DNA from: Candidatus Latescibacterota bacterium
Lineage (GTDB): Bacteria > Latescibacterota > UBA2968 > UBA8231
Direction: 5' to 3'
Assembly: GCA_964291625.2 (NCBI GenBank)
Contig: OZ220090.1
Span: 224,001 to 288,000, forward strand
DNA length: 64,000 nt
The position numbers and the translations under genes were made by a program. Shown here one piece after another: positions 57,901-64,000 of the stretch. How positions within the stretch are numbered: the first letter of the stretch is position 1; the number at the start of each line of letters is the position of its first letter. The notes below the pieces were generated by a model that searched no databases, was not told where the DNA came from, and was given only the letters and a program-made list of their open reading frames with translations.

Positions 57901-58521
57901 CAACTGAGGGTCAGGGGTCTGTACCTCCACGACAACAGCCTGACCTGCATACCGGAGATCCTGGCAAGTGCCCAGGGCCGGATGGATCTTCGGCTGGACG
58001 ACCTTCCCCTCTGTGCGACGGCAACCGATTCGACCGCGGCGGCCGATTTCGACGGCGACGGCGTGGTCGGTCTCTCGGACTTCTCTCTCTTTGCCGAGGC
58101 CTTCGGCGGCAGCGATCCCCGCTTCGACCTCGATGACAGCGGGGTGGTTGACTTCGCCGATTTCTTCCTGTTTGCAGAGAGCTTCGGAGAGCCGGCACGG
58201 GACAAGCTGCTGGCGCTGGCCAGGGAGATGATCGGGCTCCCCGAGGGTCCCGAGAGGCTCCGGAATGCGCCCAATCCGTTCAACGGCGGGACCGTCCTCT
58301 CGTACTTCCTCTTCGACTCGGGACCGGTGCGGCTGCGGATCTACAATGCCCTGGGCCAGCCGGCGCGCACCTTGGTGGACGGGTTCCAGGCAGCTGACTC
58401 CCACCAGGTCTACTGGGACGGCCGGGATCAGCGGGGCGATGCGGTGGCGGCAGGGGTGTACATCGCCCGCCTCAGTTACCCGGGCGGGGTGCTGACGCGG
58501 CGCCTGCTCCACGTCAAGTAG
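54967..58521 (+). CDS. Secreted plant-type leucine-rich repeat protein with EF-hand/dockerin-like motifs and FlgD-like C-terminal domain
   Basis: About 31 24-aa LxxLxLxxNxLTGxIPxELG repeats in two blocks, DFDGDGVVGLSDF and DLDDSGVVDFADF motifs, and a PNPFN..WDGRD tail. Confidence 0.9.
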   Translation: MRTRAIALTLLLSTQSATGAPLPLGYWLLVQPDGTSFTVRKWADEFGRYQAALEDHGYVVQDSSTGYHYYARYHYDESRHRLVRTPTSLRVGRDDASGDRRRVESANLSAFGAIRWRSWHGSEAGEGLGTGQDPAESCANGLAVPDPETNGGLLKDCEALLAAADTLAGARPFTLNWGPDIPVSEWTGVTVSHGRVTGLDLRGWYLMGSIPPELARLGELKELSLGYNALTGAIPPELGELPHLESLSLNRNALSGEIPPELARLTRLRTLDLELNALTGSIPPELGRLKELKWLLLGYNELTGEIPEELGKLVGLEGLLLNDNDLTSPIPPELGQLVGLERLALHGNALSGRIPQELGGLTHLKRLLLNDNSLTGSIPRTLGELTGLVKLSLDSNQLTGAIPPELGRLVELEELWLGDNSLSGSIPPDLGALMRLRGFSLHNNMVSGSVPSWLAQLEDLQVLILGHNALAGGIPPELGELAHLKGLCLQGNELTGAIPSMLGQLTGLGDLSLEDNALTGPIPPELGRLTLLRSLDLSGNALTGPIPRELGQLQGLWQMDLRNNGLTGTVPSDLGWLAHLKDVWLGGNALTGCVPVGLAKWIDELPVCPEDPELCGNGIAVPDPAENPGLVADCEVLLALRDWFAGSKALSWSGYLPIHEWEGVRLDDSRVTELKLGGRGVTGPIPSELSELTQLRSLALPRNKLTDPIPPELGELIHLKELSLHVNALSGEMPLELAELTQLEELSLSSNELVGSIPSELGRLTELGVLYLSDNQLTGSIPAELGELTQLRRLYLRENQLTGRIPEELGELVQVSVLDLSSNRLAGTIPPEMGQLRKLKVLHLQKNQLAGSIPSELGHLTELRELYLSDNQLTGPIPAELGELAQLRWFHLQDNRLTGSIPSEFGGLMGLENLHLSGNQLTGPIPPELGQLTGLYRLQLEENSLTGRIPPELGGLTRLWELHLHGNLLTGPIPAELAQLRVRGLYLHDNSLTCIPEILASAQGRMDLRLDDLPLCATATDSTAAADFDGDGVVGLSDFSLFAEAFGGSDPRFDLDDSGVVDFADFFLFAESFGEPARDKLLALAREMIGLPEGPERLRNAPNPFNGGTVLSYFLFDSGPVRLRIYNALGQPARTLVDGFQAADSHQVYWDGRDQRGDAVAAGVYIARLSYPGGVLTRRLLHVK

Positions 58522-58539
58522 GGGACGGACTCGCGAAGC

Positions 58540-58625
58540 GAGGCCTTCGAACCCGGAGTCGGTGCCGACGCACGGCGGCGCGAGCGACGTGCCCGACCAC
58601 CACCATCGACTCGCCCGGAGAACCG
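58540..58625 (-). pseudogene. Collapsed remnant homologous to the 59756-60604 lipoprotein gene
   Basis: 58544-58570 matches 59919-59945 at 26/27 nt, and 58584-58616 matches 60048-60080 at 31/33 nt. Confidence 0.7.
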
Positions 58626-58638
58626 GGGATCCCCTGGC

Positions 58639-59745
58639 TCATTCGGCAACCCCGATCCACGCGGACCCGTAGTCGTTCCCGGGGTCTCGATACACGCTGT
58701 GCACGTGATCCACGGGGTCCTCGCCGTTCTGGGGCGAGTACTCGAGCACCAGGGACGGGCCGGTGACACGGAAGTACGCGGCGCCCGGCACACCCTGCGG
58801 TCCCCACCAACCGAAGTATGTGTCGTCGATCTCGGCCGTCACGGTCTCCATCTTCGCGGCATGGTCGTCATCGTTCATGAAGCCCAACCGCGCCGTGATC
58901 ACGCCGAGGAGCAGCTCTCTCTGGGCGTCCGTCAGATCGCTGCCCTTGATGCCTTCCCGTTCGACGACTCTCCCATGCTGCCCGGGCCCGAGCAACAGGT
59001 CGATGGCTCGATCTCCGCGTATGGCCAGTCTTCTCTGGTCCTCCGTGAGGCTGTCCATGAAGCTCTGCGCGGCGGCCGCTTCCTCATGGGTGATGAAGAT
59101 CTCCTCCCCCTTGTGGCTCACGTGTAGTGGCTGGCCGCCGGTGAGCATCGGCGAGAAGGAAACCCTCGGGCCGAAGACGGTGGCGTTGATCGCGAGGTGG
59201 TGACCGCCGAACTGAAACATCCAGGGCTCTGTCGTCGAAGGCGCACCAAGAAAGGCAAAGCAGAAGAACTCGCCGCCGTACTTCATGAGGCCCAACCGGT
59301 CGCCTGGGACCAGCGTCTCTTCGGCAGCCAGTTGATGGACGACATTCCTGACGCCCTCCTCGCTCAGGATCTCGGCGAGGAGCTTCTCCAGATTCGCCCG
59401 CTGCGAGTCAGAGAGTGCACCGAGCTGCAGGCCACCTCGCGGAACCATGCTCTCGGGAAAGTTGGACCAGTTCGAACGCTGGGCGTTGTCGGCAAACGCG
59501 TAGGTTGCTGCTTCTCTCTGGTCGTCGTTCAGCGACCCGAGGAGGTGAGTCGCGGCCCCCACGATAGCCACGGTCTTCTCGTCCGCGGGGGGCACGCGGT
59601 ACGAGCCTTTGAGCGCGATCTCTACGGGCGAGGGATCCACTCCAAAGAACATCCGCGCCCCGGTAGCGGGATTCAGAAGCAGGTAGAGACAGGCTGCCGC
59701 AACCAGGACGACCACCCCGAGAATGCAGATCAAGACGCGCTTCAT
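58639..59745 (-). CDS. DUF3500 domain protein
   Basis: WSNFP, WMFQFGGHHLAIN, YFRVTGPSLVLEY and HVHSVYRDPGNDYG. N-terminal TM segment. Confidence 0.85.
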   Translation of the reverse strand: MKRVLICILGVVVLVAAACLYLLLNPATGARMFFGVDPSPVEIALKGSYRVPPADEKTVAIVGAATHLLGSLNDDQREAATYAFADNAQRSNWSNFPESMVPRGGLQLGALSDSQRANLEKLLAEILSEEGVRNVVHQLAAEETLVPGDRLGLMKYGGEFFCFAFLGAPSTTEPWMFQFGGHHLAINATVFGPRVSFSPMLTGGQPLHVSHKGEEIFITHEEAAAAQSFMDSLTEDQRRLAIRGDRAIDLLLGPGQHGRVVEREGIKGSDLTDAQRELLLGVITARLGFMNDDDHAAKMETVTAEIDDTYFGWWGPQGVPGAAYFRVTGPSLVLEYSPQNGEDPVDHVHSVYRDPGNDYGSAWIGVAE

Positions 59746-59755
59746 GCGATTCAGA

Positions 59756-60604
59756 TCAGCCCTTCCTGCCATCGGGGGATTCGCCGGTACGCCATGTGGC
59801 TGGATTGCCCCCGCGCCTCGGCGGACTCCGGTCGAGGCCGAGGAGTGAAGCCTCCGAGTCCTGGTGCCCTGCGGGCGTGAGGGTGCAGGCGATGCGGGCG
59901 TAGTAGAGGGCGCTCAGCCCTTCGAAGCCGGAGTCGGTGCCGACGACCAGCCACAGCCGGCCCTCGCCGTCGGCGGTGACGTGCACCGGACTGGCGGAGT
60001 TGTCCAGGGTCTTGATCCGGTACTCCTCGCCGGTCACCGCGGGGTGGGCGACGTGCCCCACGACCACCATCGACTCGCCCCCGTTGGACTGGTTCCCCTT
60101 GTCGATGTTCATCCGGAAGTACCCGCTGTCGTCCTCGGGCGCCAGGGGCTCGGCGGTGGAGGCCCCCGCCTTCACGAAGACGCTCTCGCCGGGAGAGCCG
60201 CCGATGCCGACGAGGCCGGCGGCGACGTTGGTGGCCAGGTCCAGGGTGAGGACGGCGGAGTACTCCGCTTCGGGCTCGAGGCCGCCGACCGGCCTCTTGA
60301 AGAACATGAACAGGTCGTCGCTGCGGTTGTGTCCCTGGATGTAGAGGCCGTGGCCCTCGAGCCCGGCCGGCAGCGGGCGGTGACCGGCGTCGAGCTCGTA
60401 GATCGACGGGTCGAAGTCCACGGGATAGTCCGCGAAGCCGGCGGTCCAGCCCTCGGCGCCGTCCTCGAAGGTGAAGCTGAACTCTGTCTCGGCGGCCTCC
60501 TGCTCCTCCTCCTCAGTGGAGGCGCAGGAGGCGGTCAACGCACAGGCCAGGAGCAGGGCCGCATGGATGCGGGTGGGGCGCGGGTTCGATCTCTTGCGAG
60601 TCAC
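59756..60604 (-). CDS. Hypothetical lipoprotein
   Basis: Lipobox-like LTASC, then GHNRSDDLFMF, GGSPGESV, NIDKGNQ and GTDSGFEG motifs. Confidence 0.75.
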   Translation of the reverse strand: MTRKRSNPRPTRIHAALLLACALTASCASTEEEEQEAAETEFSFTFEDGAEGWTAGFADYPVDFDPSIYELDAGHRPLPAGLEGHGLYIQGHNRSDDLFMFFKRPVGGLEPEAEYSAVLTLDLATNVAAGLVGIGGSPGESVFVKAGASTAEPLAPEDDSGYFRMNIDKGNQSNGGESMVVVGHVAHPAVTGEEYRIKTLDNSASPVHVTADGEGRLWLVVGTDSGFEGLSALYYARIACTLTPAGHQDSEASLLGLDRSPPRRGGNPATWRTGESPDGRKG

Positions 60605-60813
60605 GGGCCTTCCTCCATCAGGCTGCCCAAGTGGTGCGCGTAAGATACCCCGCCGTGGCCCATGCGACCGAGGATCGGGGCCGGCAGCGAGCGTTCGTGA
60701 GCTCCGGATCCAGCGGGCGCAGCCCCGCTCTGTCAGCTTGACCCGGTGCCGAAGCCCCTTTCATCTTGACGGACGCCCCATCGCCGCCCCCTCCACCCGC
60801 CAGAAGGTCTTCG

Positions 60814-62700
60814 ATGAGCTCCATCCAGATTCGTGAAGGACTGCAGGGCGCCTATCCCGACGTGTACACCCCCGACGCCCTGGCCGCCCTCGAGGCGTTG
60901 GCTCCCTTCAACAAGGAGCAGAAAGCGGTCATGGCGGTCCGGATGGAGCGGCGGGCGGCGCGGGCCCGGTACCGGGAGCGTATCGCCTTCCTCGACGAGG
61001 ACGACTGCATACCCCGGACCCCCATCCGCGTGGGCGAGGCCCGGCGGGGGGACTTCATCGGCTCCGAGATCCCCGCCGACCTGCGGCGCCAGTGGATCCA
61101 GGGGACCGGCCCCGCCTGCAAGCCGCGGGCCCCGGTGGAGCGCAGCATCCGCAACGTCGCCTACGCCCTGCTCTCGGGTGCCGACGGCTGGATGTTCGAC
61201 GGCGAGGACGCCCTCGGCCAGATCACCACCATGTCCCTCGACAACCAGAGGAACCTGGCCCTGGCCGTCCGCCGCGACCCCGTCTTCCTGAAGGCGGCCG
61301 AGCAGGTGGCGGGGGAGATGAACGAGTGGGCCGCGGGCTTCTTCGGCCGCGCCATCGTCGACGACTGGGAGGGGCAGCTGGGCTTCACCACGAAGATCTT
61401 CCGCGCCCGGGGGCTGCACCTTGACGACCGCCACACCCGGGACTCGCAGGGGGCGGCCCTGTCCGCCTCGATCGTCGACCTCGGTCTGTACGTGGCCAAC
61501 AACCACGAGCAGCTGCGGCAGGCCGGCTCCTCCATCGTCCTCTACCTGCCGAAGATCCAGACCGCCGAGGAGGCGGCCCTGTGGGCGGAGATGCTCGACG
61601 CCCTGGAGGCCCACCTCGGGCTGCCGGAGGGCGCCGTCAAGGTCTACGTCCTCGTGGAGCAGCTCGAGGCGACCTTCCAGCTCATGGAGATCCGCGCCGC
61701 CTTGGGCCGCCACTTCGTCGGCTTCAACACCGGCCGCTGGGACTACATCAACAGCGTCTCCGACGCCATGGCCTGGGACCCGGGGTTCGTCAACCCCGAC
61801 ATCGAAGCGATCACCATGACCTACGGGTACATGCGCAACTACGAGGACCGCGTCCGCCGGGCCGTCAACACCGCCGACCGGGCCGGCGGCTTCGCCCTCT
61901 GGCAGGGGGGCATGGAGCCGAACATCCCGGTGGGGTCGGAGGAGGGCGTGGCCCTCAGCATGGAGAAGGCCGTGGCCGGCGCCGAGCGCGAGCAGCGCGA
62001 GGGGGCCAGCGGCAAGTGGGTGGCCCACTGGAAGATGGTCCACATCGTCCGCCCCGTGTGGGAGAGGGCGGGGGAGGAGAACCAACTCGGGCGGCGTTTC
62101 CCGCCCCTCACCTACACGGAGGAGGACGCCGACGGGCTGACGGTGCTGGAGCCGGCGCCGCGCACGGTCCGGGGCGCCCGCAACCTGATCAGCGTCGCCG
62201 CCCAGTACGGCAACGCCTTCGGCCAGGGGTTGCAGGCGGCGGCGTGCAAGCCGGCCGACTTCTTCGGCGACGACGATGTGCTCTACCTGATGGAGGACAT
62301 GGCCACCGGCGAGATCCGCCTGAGCATCCTCTGGGAGTGGCTCCACAAGGGCGGACACCTCACCGAGGGCGACGGCGAGACCGGCGCGGGGGAGGGGGAC
62401 GTCTTCGCGCTGGAGCTGTTCCGAAGGCTGCTGGAGGAGGAGTACGGGAAGCTGCAGGAGGCGGGGGACCGCGACGTGCACGACGACTCCAAAGAGACGA
62501 CCCTGCCCATCGCCCGGGAGATCGTCGAGAGCTACGTGCTGTGGGAGACCAAGACGCCCTGGTACATCGACCTGCTGAACATCAACCTGAACAACCACGA
62601 CCTGGAGAAGGCGAAGGAACGGATCCGGCTCTACTCCGCCGCCCTGTCCGGGCAAGGCCGAAGGATCACCGAGAACCTTGACTTCGAGCCGGCCCGATAG
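60814..62700 (+). CDS. Malate synthase
   Basis: MFDGED, RARGLH, LYLPKIQ, NTGRWDYINS, GKWVAH and MEDMATGEIR. Confidence 0.93.
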   Translation: MSSIQIREGLQGAYPDVYTPDALAALEALAPFNKEQKAVMAVRMERRAARARYRERIAFLDEDDCIPRTPIRVGEARRGDFIGSEIPADLRRQWIQGTGPACKPRAPVERSIRNVAYALLSGADGWMFDGEDALGQITTMSLDNQRNLALAVRRDPVFLKAAEQVAGEMNEWAAGFFGRAIVDDWEGQLGFTTKIFRARGLHLDDRHTRDSQGAALSASIVDLGLYVANNHEQLRQAGSSIVLYLPKIQTAEEAALWAEMLDALEAHLGLPEGAVKVYVLVEQLEATFQLMEIRAALGRHFVGFNTGRWDYINSVSDAMAWDPGFVNPDIEAITMTYGYMRNYEDRVRRAVNTADRAGGFALWQGGMEPNIPVGSEEGVALSMEKAVAGAEREQREGASGKWVAHWKMVHIVRPVWERAGEENQLGRRFPPLTYTEEDADGLTVLEPAPRTVRGARNLISVAAQYGNAFGQGLQAAACKPADFFGDDDVLYLMEDMATGEIRLSILWEWLHKGGHLTEGDGETGAGEGDVFALELFRRLLEEEYGKLQEAGDRDVHDDSKETTLPIAREIVESYVLWETKTPWYIDLLNINLNNHDLEKAKERIRLYSAALSGQGRRITENLDFEPAR

Positions 62701-62746
62701 AGCCCGGCGAGGCCGCCCGTCGTGCGCCATCGCGGCGACCAGTACG

Positions 62747-63091
62747 TCAAGCGGCGCTCTGGCGCTTGATGCGCGCCTCCGTCTCCGGGCTGAGGCCCAG
62801 GCGGGCCTGCTTCAGGTCGTAGCAGGCCTGCAGGTTGAGCCAGTATTCCGCGGAGTTCCCGAAGTAAAGGGACAGCCGCAGGGCCGTGTCCGCGGTAATC
62901 CGGCGCCGGTTGTTGACGATGTCGGCGATCCGGTTCGGGGAGACGCCGATGGCGTGGGCGAGCTGGTTCTGGGACAGCTCGTACTCGGCGAGGAACTCCT
63001 CCTTCAGGATCTCCCCGGGAGTGACAGGAGAGAATTCGGGGTCGCCCTCGAACAGCCGTTGGGTCTGTCTGTCGCCGAAGGAAGCGATCAC
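62747..63091 (-). CDS. higA: HigA-family antitoxin fused in frame to the first ~16 residues of a HigB toxin
   Basis: PGEILKEEFL...RRITADTALRL..YFG..WLNLQ..YD marks HigA. The N-terminal MIASFGDRQTQRLFEG matches HigB toxin starts. Confidence 0.8.
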   Translation of the reverse strand: MIASFGDRQTQRLFEGDPEFSPVTPGEILKEEFLAEYELSQNQLAHAIGVSPNRIADIVNNRRRITADTALRLSLYFGNSAEYWLNLQACYDLKQARLGLSPETEARIKRQSAA

Positions 63092-63145
63092 ATGGGCAAG
63101 AGAACACCGCGTACCGGGATGCGGTCAAATGGATTCCGCAAGCAA

Positions 63146-63310
63146 GGCAAGGCCAAGGCCTCGGCCCTGGCGGCGCCCAAGGAGCGCTTGTTCCAGGGGT
63201 CGACTCGTATGCTCCTGGCTCGCCTGGTGGAGGATGAGGCAATCAGCGTCGAGGAGCTGGAAGGGCTGCGGCATGAGGTGCGGGCGGGGCGCGACGGAGG
63301 CGGACGGTGA
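63146..63310 (+). pseudogene. C-terminal remnant of a BlaI/MecI/CopY repressor
   Basis: ERLFQGSTRMLLARLVEDEAISVEELEGLR resembles the BlaI dimerisation helices. The winged-helix part is absent. Confidence 0.55.
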
Positions 63311-64000
63311 GCATGCTCTCGACGGTGATGGCCGAGGCGCCGCGAATCGGCCGGGTCGCGGGCTCGGTGTTCGTGCTGGCCATGGCCGCGGGTTCCGCCC
63401 TGGTCGCCAGCGGATCCCTGCGGGCCGAGGCTGAGCCGGCGGCCTGGGGGGGACAGCGGGCGCTGGCCGTCCCCATGTCCGGAATCACCGTCGACGGCCG
63501 CCTCGACGACTGGCCGTCGGGGATCCCCGTCTACCCGATCCGCAGCAACACCAACGCCTACGGCGAGACCGACATCAGCGGCGCCGACCTGGACGCGAGC
63601 CTGGACTTCTCCCCCTCCTTCCGCGCCGGGTACAGCCTCGAGGAGCAGCGGATCTACGTGGCCGTCGAGGTGCGGGACGACAGCGTCCACGCGAGGGAGA
63701 CAGGCTATCAGGACACGGACGCCCTGGAGATCTACCTCGCCGCGCGGCCGGAGGCCGAGCCGGTCTACTATGTGCTCTGCCCGCCCGGGGGCGCCTACGG
63801 CCCCGGCCGGCCGAACCCCTCCGTCCTCGTCCCCGGCCTCGGCGAGATGCCGCTGGACCGTTCCGGCTCCCGGGCCGCGGTCGGCCGGGAGGGCGGGACC
63901 ACCATCTACGAGTGGGCCCTGGAGCCTGTCGGCGATTCCCTCGAGGACCTGGTCGAGCTGCGTGCGGGGATGGTCCTCGGCTTCGACGTGGCGGCCGTCG
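63307..64000 (+). CDS. Membrane-anchored or secreted protein with CBM9/DOMON-like sugar-binding domain (3'-truncated by window)
   Basis: Open frame from GTG 63307 to the window end. Hydrophobic segment, ITVDGRLDDW, IYVAVEVRDD, YEWAL and GFDV. Confidence 0.7.
   Translation, partial: MSMLSTVMAEAPRIGRVAGSVFVLAMAAGSALVASGSLRAEAEPAAWGGQRALAVPMSGITVDGRLDDWPSGIPVYPIRSNTNAYGETDISGADLDASLDFSPSFRAGYSLEEQRIYVAVEVRDDSVHARETGYQDTDALEIYLAARPEAEPVYYVLCPPGGAYGPGRPNPSVLVPGLGEMPLDRSGSRAAVGREGGTTIYEWALEPVGDSLEDLVELRAGMVLGFDVAAV

Noticed and set aside
55540-57960. 72-bp periodic repeats as a CRISPR array or DGR-like cassette
   Set aside because: The period equals the 24-aa LRR unit within an open frame. There is no repeat-spacer structure, cas gene or reverse transcriptase.
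59756-59875. C-terminal tail of the lipoprotein as a functional domain
   Set aside because: It is short and looks unstructured, more likely read-through after loss of the original stop. I cannot support it further.

Overview
High-GC bacterial chromosome window with about 55 genes, one tRNA-Val(TAC), no CRISPR array and no intact mobile element. It holds a Pup/UBact-type proteasome operon end (prcA, pafA), secreted proteins with FlgD-like C-terminal domains, a plant-type LRR protein, sulfatases and a PhyH dioxygenase. This content suggests, by inference, an FCB-related diderm such as Latescibacterota, possibly a sponge symbiont. Housekeeping genes are gatB, nadB, guaA, tyrS and malate synthase. 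The main observations are: (1) a likely ribosome-dependent attenuator upstream of tyrS, made of a leaderless 26-aa uORF with one Tyr codon, an antiterminator arm and an intrinsic terminator, with no T-box motif seen; (2) a Rieske/cytochrome b operon in which an octaheme HAO-like cytochrome takes the place of cytochrome c1, followed by an HTTM-DCC fusion gene; (3) an ECF promoter motif present twice; (4) several deletion and duplication scars, including disabled nuclease and toxin genes and tandem duplications with readable breakpoints; (5) a remnant of an integrative element at tRNA-Val. All family assignments come from motif recognition by eye, not from database searches.
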